From Xylographa opegraphella (Eukaryota): 64,000 nucleotides of DNA. The stretch covers positions 1 to 64,000 of the forward strand of contig JALDZX010000028.1 of assembly GCA_022813865.1 (NCBI GenBank). The letters run 5' to 3'. This document shows positions 37,753 through 50,364 of the stretch, in pieces. The notes under the pieces are model-generated. The model was not told the origin of the DNA, made no database searches, and worked only from the letters and a program-made list of their open reading frames with translations. Both the position numbers and the translations under genes were made by a program. Numbering within the stretch: the first letter of the stretch is position 1; each line of letters starts with the position of its first letter.

Positions 37753-39615
37753 TCACCCCAGTAGATCCTCCAGCACACCCTCGAGATCCTCTCTGCGCAT
37801 CGGCACGCCCAGCTCCTCCGACCCGCTATCGTCTCTCCGCGACACAATCATTTGATGGTCATGGAACTCCTTCAGCAGTGTCCGAAACGCCATCTCGCTG
37901 CTACACAAGAACTCTTCGACCGATTTCTGGTAGAGCGCTTTGTACTCGACGCCAAAAGTCTCTTCCGTCCTGCCTCTCCGCCTCTTCGTCTTCCTCTTCG
38001 CGGGTAGATCTCCAGCGTCAAGGCCATCCGCGCTGTCGTAGTCACTGGCATCGTTGTCTTTGTCCCCGAATGCATCTTGACCGGGGTCGAGGTCATCAGA
38101 GTCCAGCGAAAGCAGCTCGCTGACCAAAATGCGGAAAACACCTCTTGCGTTCTCCGGTAAGCTCCGCAGAACCCAGCCGACGCCTTCGCGGCCTCTTCGG
38201 CCGACGCCCTTCCGGCCCATGAGCTCGTGCACGGCGTCCACGACGCCGCCGACTTCTCCGGTCCCCTTTCCGTCGTCGTAGGATACGAAGGTCGTGGCGT
38301 CGTGGAAGATGAAGTTGTACTGCGTGAGGAGGGCGAGGTCCCACAGGAGAGGAAAATATGGCTGGTCGGCTGTGGCGAGGAGCTTGATCGAAGGGTGGGA
38401 GGCGAGAGATGCGAGAAGTGCTTGCGTGGCAGGTTTCCGCAGTGGCGGAGCATCGATGGAGTTGAGAAGGAGGTATATCGGTTGGTCTGGAGTGTGAGCC
38501 ATGAGATGGGTGAGAAGATGAGACAGGAGAGCAGGGGCCTGGGAGGGCAGTGGGTGCTGGAGCGGGAGCATCAGTGTGCTGATTATTGTATTTAGGATCT
38601 GCGTAGGTGTGCAGGTAGGATTGAAGCCATTCACTATGACAGTGGTGGGGGGGGAGGTCCCTCCAGGTCTTGAGTGTATATATCTAGCGAATGAGGTTAC
38701 CAGCCCTCGCTTCGAGCCGTAGCCATAGAGACATATAGAGAACGACTCCGCGAGCTCGAACATCCATTGCGGGAACGCACGTGTGTGTAAAGCGTGGAGA
38801 AAAGAGATGGACGACGCGTGAGAATCTTCGTGAGTGGACATGCGGTCGTGATAATCGGAGTGGGACAAGAGGGAGACGGACGAAAGCGTATTCGAGGATG
38901 TTTTGATCTTCCCAGGTCGGTTGTGGAAGAAGTACTGTTCGTGTGGTGGAAGATCCGTCGGTGGCGTTGGCGACCGTTTTCGACGAGCTCCTTTCGGACG
39001 TCCTGGACCACGCTTCGAGGGGGTATCTGTGGGAGTGGCTTCGGCTTCGGTAATGAGATTGATTCGCCCGTTTCCTACGTCTTTATCGTCTTCACCGTCC
39101 TCATCATCCTCCGCCGCCTCTCCATCCTCATCCTCTTCATGTCCTTCTCCTTCCTCGTCTGCCCATATCTGCCTCGCAAGCTCGTCATCCTCCGCGATTC
39201 CACTGTCATCACTCAGATCCCCAGCAACTGTTCTTTCGATGAGAGATCTTGCACTTTTACGCCGTGCTGATCGGTCTGCGTTTGCAAGAGCCAAGGCAGC
39301 AACCGCTGGAGGAGGATCTAGCGATTTTTGGGGAGTTGTGCAGGGTCGATTCTCCTTGCCTATCGTCCTGGTCTTGGTTTTTGGTGTTGCCGACTCTGCA
39401 AGGGAATCCTCGATGTTGTCAAACCCTAACGGGATATTCTTCTGCTGCCGAGCTTGGCCTCTAGATCTCTTCGAAGGAGTCTCTTCCTCAACAGCAGCGG
39501 TGGCAGTAGCGTCCTCGCGGTTGTCTCCTTTTGCCTTTCGCTGCCGAGTCTGCTTGGGGGTTGGAGTGCTAATAACATCGTGCTCTTCAAGAATTGGATT
39601 CCGCTTTCTTTTCAT
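37753..39615 (-). CDS. ORC2: Origin recognition complex subunit 2
   Basis: FPQWMFELAESFSICLYGYGSKR, FHDATTF, VLRSLPENA, EEFLCSSEMAFRTLLKEFHDHQMI; AT-hook PGRPKG. Start placed at MKRKR; an upstream non-ATG extension is possible. Confidence 0.93.
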   Translation of the reverse strand: MKRKRNPILEEHDVISTPTPKQTRQRKAKGDNREDATATAAVEEETPSKRSRGQARQQKNIPLGFDNIEDSLAESATPKTKTRTIGKENRPCTTPQKSLDPPPAVAALALANADRSARRKSARSLIERTVAGDLSDDSGIAEDDELARQIWADEEGEGHEEDEDGEAAEDDEDGEDDKDVGNGRINLITEAEATPTDTPSKRGPGRPKGARRKRSPTPPTDLPPHEQYFFHNRPGKIKTSSNTLSSVSLLSHSDYHDRMSTHEDSHASSISFLHALHTRAFPQWMFELAESFSICLYGYGSKRGLVTSFARYIHSRPGGTSPPTTVIVNGFNPTCTPTQILNTIISTLMLPLQHPLPSQAPALLSHLLTHLMAHTPDQPIYLLLNSIDAPPLRKPATQALLASLASHPSIKLLATADQPYFPLLWDLALLTQYNFIFHDATTFVSYDDGKGTGEVGGVVDAVHELMGRKGVGRRGREGVGWVLRSLPENARGVFRILVSELLSLDSDDLDPGQDAFGDKDNDASDYDSADGLDAGDLPAKRKTKRRRGRTEETFGVEYKALYQKSVEEFLCSSEMAFRTLLKEFHDHQMIVSRRDDSGSEELGVPMRREDLEGVLEDLLG

Positions 39616-39926
39616 AGCTGCGTCTTTCTCGCCGGTCCAGTGATGCCCAATGTTAAGCTCCTCTTGAGGCAGGCGGCATCCTCGATCCCATTTCACACGG
39701 AATTCGTCGAATTCGTCCCATTCCAAAAGCCGCGATTAAGCGCGTCACTCTGGATACGGTTAGCGTATCTCGCTTCAAACGCGTCGGCATGCCGTCGAAT
39801 GAATGATTTGCTCGTGTATATTTATCCTGCATACCTACTCTGCGGGGAACCACGATTGCAATGGCACGTACAACGGAAGTAGAGCAAGTAGATCAAACTC
39901 GGTTAAGGCACTATTCTGTCTAACCA

Positions 39927-40761
39927 TTGAACTTCAAATGTAGTAAGCCTACCTTAGCATCCTACTTTCCGTTCATGAGCTTGCCTGTGGAGCTACGGGT
40001 GTTGATATACAAAGAAATACTTGTTCCTCCCAACCACTGGTCGCCGTGTTATTTTGCCGTGTGGGGACCTGATCATACAAAAGCACTCAGTGTCACACGA
40101 AGTGGCAAGCACATTCGGCAGTGTGAGAAGGTGGGGTATAACAATGATTGTCCAGCACTAGCGATTGCTTTTACTTATCGAGCGATTTACCTTGAAGCTT
40201 CACCTATCTGGTACGCCGCTTGGACTTTCAAGTTCTTCGACAATGGCCAAATGAAACGTTTCATAGATGCTGTTGGCTACAGCAATTGCTTTGGAACTCG
40301 CAATAGCAGCTCCATTCAACATGCTCTACTTGAAATAGATTCGTTCGATCAGGATATGTATGACGTCCGCGTGGATATGTTTGCGGAAACCACCAGGCTC
40401 AAGGGTCTTCGCACTTTGGAAATTCGCGTTCACGAGCGCTCCGGAAGCGAGCTATAGGAAATCTACCAACTTCGGCTGTGGGACATTTGCAGACTTTCGC
40501 AAACACTGCAAATTGCGACTTTGTTTGGAGGGAGAAGATATTATGATAATCGTGACGATCAATCGTGACGATCGATCGTTGGAGTTATACAGGCTCACGG
40601 GAAACCACTGGAGGGACATGTCACAATTGACACGAATCAAAACTAAGAAAGGGACGACCGCATGGCAATCACACGATGGACTCTACGACGTAGCTAAATT
40701 CAGAGTAGTGTCTGAATGCCTTACGAGAAAGTTCTGGAAACTCTTGGGAGAAAAGCCGTAA
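39927..40761 (+). pseudogene. Pseudogenised F-box-like/2EXR-type protein
   Basis: N-terminal FPFMSLPVELRVLIY motif; in-frame TAG at 40455; a 13-bp tandem duplication (40548-40573) shifts the frame into the 40360-40761 ORF. Confidence 0.7.
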
Positions 40762-42776
40762 TTGGTAACGTACTTACATCAAGGATTCCATCTTGGACAT
40801 GTCAATACTCGTGAGTCCTGTTCATTGTAGCAGACTTGCTCGAAGTACTCTAGAATTGTCAATCATTAGTTAGGTATAGTCTGCTTCGAAGATCTCATGT
40901 CTTCAATGTCTATTCTATTGGCTTTGAAGCAACAAATCATTACTTAAAAGCCGCCCATTGGTGCTGCATTTAATGACAGGCTATCTTGTTGACGGAAAGA
41001 TATACCTTGATATTACTATTAATATATACTCTCCTGCTTGCACCTTTCATCGTGGTTAAAATGCCAGCTCTTTCCCGCTTGTTCTGCCTAACACTGCCGT
41101 ATTCTAGGGAATCAACAACCCTTATCTCGCTTTGTGTAAATCCACTATCTTGCTCTTCCTCCTATGCAGAGTATATCTCGTTTACTGCTATGGTTCTGCC
41201 TGTTCTAATTTGCTTTGGTGATATATTGTGCTATATGTTACACCTCTCCTTACCCCCCAAGACCAGCGACTTATCATGACGGAGCTACAAAGAAGCTTGA
41301 CTCATCTGTGCGAAAAAATGAGTCGCACTCTCACCTCGGACCTTCTTCGAATGTACAAGGACAGGGGAAAAGGTCGTGGATCCAATTGCCGAACTTGATT
41401 AACCAGCATAGCAGAGAATAGCAGTCAATTAGGGAGTACTATGGCGTCCGTCTTGCCCTTGTTGGGTGTCTGAAAGCTCTGCACGCTTTTCACACGACTG
41501 AGGAGCCTCTGTGTAGGCCGATGGCTATTTTTTTTTTTCTTCCACGAAACTTGAATATGACGCCTAGGCCTTTTCTCCACCGGCATCACATTCGGGGGAT
41601 CCTGCCGCCTTCGCCGATATAGACGGACCAGACCTATACATACATCGAGACCCTACAGCGAACGCGCGCGGTCGGCGCCGTGGCTGGCGAAGACCTTTCA
41701 CTCGGCCGTCTCCACACGGCTGGACAACGACGTCGTCACCCACAGAAGCGACCCGCACCCTCACTCTCAAGGCACCTGCGGCTCACCTACCACGATACCG
41801 AGTCCCCAACACAGCATGCGGAGTAGCCGAGAAGTGCTGTCTCCCAAGAGCAATTGCCAAAGCGCGCCTTCCACGGCGCCGGCGTGGGACTCTCCTTCCG
41901 TGAGGGTTGCCCACCCCGGCTCGATCCCGCCTGCAAGCCGGGTCGTCCAGAGCGAGCGGGGAACAGCGAGAGAGTCTTGATAGGATGGAGGAGGAGATGA
42001 TCCCGGAGGGATCGTTGGGATTCCAGGCGGGGTGATGGGAAAGGTTGGGACTGGATTGGTGGTATGGTGATCGGGGATTGAGCTGTTTACCTACCTATCA
42101 AGCTGCGAGGTAGTGGGATGGCACGCAATTTCGCAGGGGGACGTTTCCATGAAAAGTGCCGGTTCTGGTTGCGTTGGCTACGTTTGCGTTGTTGCTTGTG
42201 TGGTGTGTCGAGCTGTCCCTGGATTGATTCTAGAGCTATCACTTTGCTGCGAAGCTCCTTGGGTCCTGCTTGTGGGGCCTGGGGTCCTCCTGCGAATCAT
42301 ATCACCCACGCCTCTTCTTTGCCGTTCCGCAATCCACGACCGAGGGGGACGGTGCTTGCACGGCGATGAGAGCGTCGATGTGGTGGATATCCCCGGGTAC
42401 TGTGTGAAATATAGATTCCAGTAATAATGCGACATCATGTCGCAGGACTGCGTAGCGGGCAGCACGCGCCATACACACACACGACCACATCTTATATGCA
42501 ACAATAACAATGGAAATGCCCTGCATTACGCTCCATAGCGGCCCCTCAAACTCGAGTAAGCGAGCCACTCCACCCATCGCTAGAAGGACGAGCACCCAGC
42601 AAAGCACAGGCTACTCTGTAGAACCGTCCTCCTCCTCCACCAGAAGAAGAGCCCATGACTCCAAGCGCTGATTCATATCCCCACAAAGCGCACCCTGCCA
42701 GCAATGCCGCACCACAAAACCGCTACACACTCGACACACCCCCTTGCCCACACGCCCATCGATACAACGCGCACTA

Positions 42777-44033
42777 CTACACCGTGCCCGCGATGCTCAG
42801 GTCCCGTATCTCCGCCAACACCTGCTCGACCCGACTGTCCAGGTGGCCCTGCGCGTACTGCTCCCTCGTGTCGGCGTCTAGGTACTTCTGCACCTGCGCC
42901 ATCCGACTGTACGCCTCGGCGCAGAAGCGGAGTTGGATCTTCACCAGCGCCTCGAAACTGGGGTCGAGGTAGGGGACCCGCAGGTCGATCAGCTGCGGCA
43001 GCTCGTTGAAGAGCTGGTCGTTCAGCGCCTCGTAGGCCGATTTGGCGAGCTCGGATTCGCGCTCCGCACGCGGGAGCTTGCTGGCGTCTTTGTCGGGTTT
43101 CTCCACCAGTTTCTTGACTTTGGCGCGCGTGGCATCGTAGTCGAGCAGTTTGTGGTTGCGTTTTTTTATGCCTTGGGAAATGGGGGTTAGTGTGGTTTGA
43201 GGGGGATAGTTATTTTGGATGGGGAGGGGTGAGTTACATTCGTTGATGTCAGGAAAGTAGTTGCAGAAGCGCATTATGGGCTCGAGAACGGTGGTTCTGG
43301 GGTACACTCCGTTAGTTTCTAGATCATAAATTACACATTAGAGTGCACGAACCTGTAAGGACCATCAAGGGCTTTGATCGTCTCGGCGTCAAGATCCTCA
43401 ACCGCTTGCTTGTAACTTCTGCTCACGCCATCTTTCGCTCCAGCGTCGCCATAGAAAGCGTCTATCGTTTCGGCGATGCGCATTTGGGAAGCAGTCATGG
43501 CTGTAGTCCTCATAAGTTTGTGGTCCAATTGCTCCATATCCATGGTCGCTATGCCCCATACCTCGTAACGAGTCCAGGTAGCCTTTGGCTTCCTTCTGTA
43601 GTCGAGTTGCTGCCGACTCGAGTGTGCGGTACCGGCTGGGAAATTCGTCAGACAAGTACACTCGATATCTTTGATAATACACGGTTTGCGCTCGGAGCGC
43701 CTTGCATCGATCAGGATATTGAGACCGCAGTCTGTAACAAAGGCATCCAATCTTCTCAAAAGTCGCACCGCTTACCGCTCTTCCACTTCATAATCTCGGT
43801 CATTGGTCTTCTCAACATGGCCTGTACCCCACCAAAGTTGTCAACCCTCACCCTTCTCCTCGAGTATGCACCACCTGCTCCGTCTACAGTGGGAACGCAC
43901 CAGTCTTCATCATCACCTGGGTCGTGGCCCGGTTGACATTCTTCTTGAAGCCTGAGAACTAGTATCAGAACCTTTGTCTTGAATATTGAAGACATAAATT
44001 TAGCGTGAGGTTTTGCCTACCTGCCCACGACAT
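42777..44033 (-). CDS. RVS161: BAR-domain amphiphysin Rvs161/Hob3, multi-exon
   Basis: MSWAG/FKKNVNRATTQVMMKTG, LQKEAKGYLDSLR, IKKRNHKLLDYD, ELPQLIDLRVPYLDPSFEA. Confidence 0.95.
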
Positions 44034-44777
44034 GGTGTCTAATTCTGATGTATCGTACAAGGAGTCGGTGTCTGCGAGGTTTCCGCTTTCGGGGAGCTTC
44101 AGATACGATACCAGGTCTGCTTGTTGGAAATGACGGCTGCGAGAAATCGCTGCGCTGCGTTGCGTATGTCACACATCCTGATGAGGTATGGTGTGTTTGA
44201 AACGCCGAAATGATTGACCGCGCCGAGATCCTCAATCTCCGATATGCTAAGGCTGATATAAGGGAGCGACGTGATTCCAATCCATACTTCTCCAAGTATA
44301 CTGGAAACCTATCAATGACGTACATACACTACATATCATCACCAGCAAAAGAGGACCCTAGACTTCTTGCGCGAATAACGCTCAGTACTCGTAGGGCGTA
44401 CAGCGGTTGATTGTACTGGAGGTTACCCTTCACAAATGGGTAAAACACTCTATCGAGAGCAAAATCTACTGTAGATCAGCACCAGCAAGCGACTCGCTTC
44501 GGTTGCCAAGAATCCCATGATTGACAAGTAGCTATCAGCATCGAACACTTGTAGTTCATGTATCCTTCTGTGCCCGGCCTAGTTTAGAATCCTCTTTACC
44601 CATAACACCATGCCTCATAGTGAAAAGTCCCACATCGCAGCCAAGCGTGTGCAAGCAATGCAAACAAAAGCAAAAACTTCATGAGAACGTGATATGTACG
44701 CAGCGTCGGCTGTGTGCACGACCATGAGGTAGCAATGCGTGACCGCATAGCCCTTAGACTCATGGTCATCACAAAGG

Positions 44778-46416
44778 TTATATGCCCTCCTCCCCAGCTT
44801 TGCAAAGTTTGATTTCACGACCCCATTCGGATTTGAGGACTTGCGAAGCTGTTATACGACGGGTCGGATTAGGGTCGAGGATGGAGTAGATAACGTTACG
44901 GCAGCGTGCCTGTACGAGGATTAGCATTATAGAGATTATGTGGGGGAGGGTGTGAACATACTCTATGCAATGTTTCGATGGGCTGGTACCCATCTTCATC
45001 ACGCCTTCCTTCTAGATATCTATCAAAGAACTCGTCTTCTTCTCTTTTAGCAAGGCGCCACAAGTGGCGGCCCGTCCTCATAGCCATGTAGATAACCCCA
45101 GTGGCCCACACATCCACAGCTCTCGGATCGAACTCTTTATCAACATATTCCTCGGGTGCAATGTAAGGAGCAGAGCCACAGAGTCCCGCTGTCATGTGCG
45201 CTTCTTTCTCCCAAGCCATCCTGAAACATTCTCCATTGCCGAAGTCGGTAATCTTGAGGGATCCGTGTGTAGTGAGCAGCAGATTTTCTGGTTTGAGGTC
45301 TCTGTGTGCAACGCCCATCTCGTGCATGTACTCCACGCCTCGCATCAGTTGTTTGAAATAGCAGTCTGCTTCGGCCACTTCCAGCTTGCCGGCAGCAAGA
45401 ACTAAAGTATAGAGGTCTCCTCCGGGGCAGAACTCCATGACCTCGCAGTAGTCCCCCTTCGCATCTTGCAAGAGATCCAAGGTATGAATGACGTTCGGAT
45501 GGCGCAGGGATGATGAAATGCAGAACTCTGAAGTGAGACGCTTCTGATACTTTTTGGGTGACTCTTGCGGTCGTCTCCGAAATTCTTTGACAGCGTAGAG
45601 CTGCTCGAGTTTCGAATCCTTGGGGTCCGTTTTGTGCGATATCCTGACGATGCCGAAAGCACCGCGACCGACAATCTCCTGACATTTCCCGTACTTCTCC
45701 ACCAGTGTGTGTGTTGAACTGGGACCACCTTTCTTGTCTATGGCAAGTTTCTCCCGCTCGTTCTTTAGTTGGTCGACCCAGGTCGACATGAGTGAAAGCT
45801 GTTGATGTTCATCTCCGTGCTCTTCTTTCCGCTTTGCGCCAAGCATATCACGTAGCATATTGGAGAGCTTCTCTTGTCGCTTGGCGCTTTTGAGATGATG
45901 TTCGTGCGTGCCATCGGCGTTGACGATGAATCGCTGGAAAGGGGCATCCTGTTCCTTGGCTTCACTCTTGGTTCCAGCAACAGTAACCTTCCGCTCCATG
46001 CTCGTGCTCTCAGCACGCTTGTCTCCATTGTTGTGCGAGGGTGGCCTCGAAGGAGTCTTCGCTGCTGAAGGTTTATTCAACGTTTCAATCGATTCTGCAT
46101 CAGAGATAGCGCTTTCATTCTTGGATTCCTTGGGAACTTCTAATGGGGCAGCTTGTTTAGAGCCTTGTGAGAACATGCGAGTAAGACGATTTGTGATGGT
46201 AGGTTTTCTCGGCGCCGATTGGACAGGCAAATCTTTCGTCGGCATCTCTTTCTTGAGCGCATTGTCGACAATATCATTGGACTCCTCTTCCCGAATTGTA
46301 GGAGTTGGGTCGGTGTGTTTTGTACCTTGTGAGTGCACAGAGGAAACAGAACTGGTGGGTGACGGCCCTGCCGTCTGCGAGTGCGACCTCACCTGTAGAG
46401 TAGATCGAGTGGCCAT
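44778..46416 (-). CDS. Ser/Thr protein kinase of the HAL4/SAT4 (ion homeostasis) family, one 3' intron
   Basis: KYGKCQEIVGRGAFGIVR, KRLTSEFCISSSLRHPN, HRDLKPEN, DFGNGECF, CGSAPYIAPE. Confidence 0.9.
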
Positions 46417-48000
46417 TTTGTTGAGAAGCTCGTGAGTATATCTGGTCGAAGGGTATTCGGGAATCTTCGGCTGAGTCGCAAAGCTTGCTTCGTCCACGAG
46501 AAGATTAATCCTCGTAAGCGTCGTAAAGAGATGGTTTCGAGGACGTGCGAAGGGGCAAGCTGGCGAAAAGCAATATTTACAGGCTGCACTACACCGTAGT
46601 CGTCGAAAGAGTCGAGCAGGTTCTCAGCTGCTTACCAAACTGCCGGTGAAGGCGAAAGGGCAAGCAGGACCTCCAGCCGATCGCCGTATACTTCGACACG
46701 GCGCTAAATCGTCACTCACGTCCGACAGAGCGCCTTTACCAGCGTCCCAGGCCGATGGACTGAATGTTATAAGCTGCAAAGGAGAGGGACGAGCATGGTG
46801 GGCGAAAGTGGAGGAAGTGGGAGATTATTCCAAATCTAGATTCGGACCAGCGCTACTGTATAAAAATCATCTTCGAGAGATTCGGCGGACATGATGAAGG
46901 GTGGGGTTTCAAGGCTAGTAAGACCTTCAACAGATGGGTGTACGTGGTACTAATGTTGTGCTTGCGTCCAGCTGGATTTAATTGTGGCTGTGAGATGGTG
47001 GAAGAATTGCGTTTGCGAAGATCAGCTAACGGCAATGTGTGCATAAAGAATTTTCTCGAGAACAATGTGTCATTGGAGCTGTGCTACTAATCACGTGCCA
47101 TGAGGGGGCCTGGTCGTCTACGGAGTACGCCTGCGGTCTATGTACGTTTCGATGCGTGTCGTTCTCGAGCTGTGAGTTGGTCGTGGTCGTCAGCTCTGGG
47201 CAGACAGTGCTTGCGACCTTTGTCCGCGTGGGCGGTCGTAGCCGGCGTCACATGTCGGCGCAGTCTGTCGGTAAGAAGCGGTCTCAGGACGCGGTACGAG
47301 GACGGCCAACTCGACGATTGGGGTCACAACCCCACAAACTTGATATCAGAATCTCCATACCGGTTTGATGGACGCGTGCCGCGCCTCTGCTAAACTAGAG
47401 CACTGATCACGGGCGAATGCGATGGCTATCGACTACGCATGTCGTCGTACAAAAAGTGCATGAAGCTGCGCCAAGCAAGCTGGATAAGAGAAGGTTGCGG
47501 ACTGGGTGTCGTGCGATACGGTAAGAAGTGATAGCTCGATGACTTCGTTCAGCACACTCTATCGACCTCCATACATAGATCTGTGAGACCAGGCCACAAG
47601 TCCCGCCGTTCCAGGCCATTTGCTGAAAGTGCCCAAGCTGCATGTGGTGAAGGCGGGAGGGGCAGGTGTTGGCTCATAAATTAAATGCCTCATACAACGT
47701 CCAGCTCAACTGTTGCTCCACCACCTCGCAAGGAACCATGTCTGCGACTTCTTAGCAGAACAGAAAGATGCCAACGTGCTTCCTCCGGCACTATCGCTTG
47801 GTCATTTGCCTGTGGCACACCTCAGTACAACTCCGGAGCATGCACGACCAGTCTGCATTCCAGTGCATTAGGCCACATTTCAACTGCGACCACGGCGCTA
47901 CTACCTGCGGCCGTCGGAAGGTACACACAGCAGGCCGATGCAACTTGTCCTTCCTGGCGGTCGCCCTTGCAGGTAAGATATCGCCGTCGGGACTGCCTCA

Positions 48001-50364
48001 TTATTCATCGCCATGAGTGTTCTCGTTGGATAATTCTGGAGCGGCCACTTCGTTGGGCAAGCGCTTGTCGAATCCATTATCTTTATCGCGGACCTTCTCC
48101 AACAACTTGGCCAATCCACTCGCTGCTGATGAGTGACTTGTGTCGATCCCGATGAGGTTCGCATCTTTCTGATATTCCTTTTTGTTTTCCACTCGTCGCG
48201 TCAGGAAGAGAGCCGTGTCACTGCCTTTTCTGGCTCGTATACGTTCGATCTCATCATGGTAAGCGGTATCATATATGTTGATATCGGACGCTGGAGGGGA
48301 TTCACTGATTGCGGGAGGGTCAGGAGGATTGTCGCTTGCGAACGGTCCAATTTCGAGAATAATCAATTCTTCTAGAGGATCGTGTGCGTGACCCTTCCCA
48401 CTGTCCTTTCGATGCTCTATATCGCGTGGCGTAGGACCTCCGCCAGAGTGATGTTTTTCTGGATGTGCGTTGAGCTCTCGATGAGACACGGGTACTTTGC
48501 TGCCATCTTCTTTACCATGAGCGTCTATTGATGGTTGAGTGGGCGACTGAAGTACAACGCCGTCTCCTCTCTCCGGTGAAATTACATCCATCAAGTCTGG
48601 CTCGATGCTTCGATGTACACCTTCCTGCACAAGTGCCCTTTCGACTGGCCTACGGTCGTGGACATCCAGACTACGAGATTTCTGAGGCATGGCTCTCGAA
48701 GTCTCGCTGTTGATTGATAGAGGAGGTTGCACAATCCGGGCTCCTTGCCCTAGGATGCTGCTCATAAGATATGGTCGGCGCCTGTTAAGGAGACTCTTGA
48801 ATTTGTTAACTGCTTTCATCTGTCGGTAGAATTAGTAATCGGTCGCCTTTGTAGATTACATTAAGACGTACTACTAGAATGAGGTTGCTTAGATTGCCTG
48901 TGATGGCACGATTCATCTCTTCCTCCGACGGAGGCTCCACAAGATGTGCTGTGTTGTCCTCCGCCGATAACAGGGGATCTGTGCCCCGTCTAGTGACCCA
49001 CGGATGATTCTTCATAGCTGTTAGCATCGTGAGCACTAAGAGTCAAGACTTAGTCAAACTAACCCGCAGCTCGGGCATCTGAATGCGCTTTGAGGGGTCC
49101 TTCTCCAGAACCTTGTGAATAAGGTCCTTGAAGTCCTCGTCACAGTCACCCTCTACGCGTAACTCATCATTCTTGATGGACTCGTACAGGTCAAGAACTC
49201 CCATTCTCTCGAAAGGAATCCTTCCAAAATACAAGCAATAGAGGGTGACCCCCATTGACCATATATCGGCAGCTTTACCAGAAACGCCGCCATGTCTGCT
49301 AACACACAGCTCTGGGGGCAGGAAAGCTGGGGATCCTGCCGACTTGGCCGTCATCATGTCCGATTCCTTCTCAAACATTTCCGAAACTCCAAAGTCAACG
49401 ATTTTCAAAACGTCATCATCCGTCAAGAGTAAGTTGTCTGGCTTTATATCTCGATGGACAACTCCTTGAGCATGCAGGTACTCGATGCCGAGAATCAAAT
49501 CACGAAACCAGCATCTGCAACTGTCCGAGTCATACGGGTCTGCCTTTGTGTGGATGTCGACTTTCATCACTACCCCTTTCTTACACATTTCAAGGACCAT
49601 ATACAGCGAATCCTCTCGGGGATCGTCCAAGACTTCGATCAACGAAACAAGATTGGGATGGTTCAGCTTCTTCATTATAGCAATTTCTTCTCGAATTAAA
49701 TACAGCGGGTTCCCTTTCTCCTCCTCATCGTGTATGTCCGAGGCGGAATGTTGGTGGAGAGGATGATTGAAGCCTCCCGCGGCCAGATGACCAGGGCGTT
49801 TCGCGCCATGAGGACGACGAAGAATGTTGGATTGCGCTCGTTTACGCAATCGCGATTTGGAAAACTCTTTGACAGCCTTAACGTCTGTATCAGCACGTAA
49901 AAAAAAAGGCAGCGAGAGCAGAAAGCTGAACAGCATCAAATAAAACATTCGTGCTGAGCAAGTGGAGCTTGAGACCTCACATATTCGTTGCCATGTTGAT
50001 CAACCGCCAGATGGACAGCACCAAAAGAGCCGCGTCCAATCTCTTGCTTTATGATATATTGGTTAATTCTGTGGACTGCAGTACCATCGTCCTCACTATT
50101 CGTGTACTCGGAGCGAGCATTAATGGTTTCCTTGACCTGGCGAGGTGTAGACGGTTGGCGACGATGATGCCTCAAAGGGCTTTCGTATGCGGGTGATGAG
50201 CTGGTTGGGCATTTTCAGCACACTAATTAAGCATTGCTGTGAGCCTTGCAGACATACAGATGTGAGACAATTGCGGGTCGCATCGGAGTGCCATCGTTCG
50301 CTGGCAGATCTATAGAGATGCCGTGAGACGGCTTGATGTCGGTGGGTAGCTCGCCTTGTGACAT
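48001..50364 (-). CDS. Calcium/calmodulin-dependent protein kinase kinase (CaMKK, CmkC-like), multi-exon
   Basis: INQYIIKQEIGRGSFGAV, EEIAIMKKLNHPNL, HRDIKPDN, DFGVSEMF, AGSPAFLPPE; start inferred at MSQGELP. Confidence 0.9.

Noticed and set aside
38975..39020. AT-hook (GRPKG) in ORC2 as a novelty
   Set aside because: AT-hook-like motifs in fungal ORC subunits are already known.
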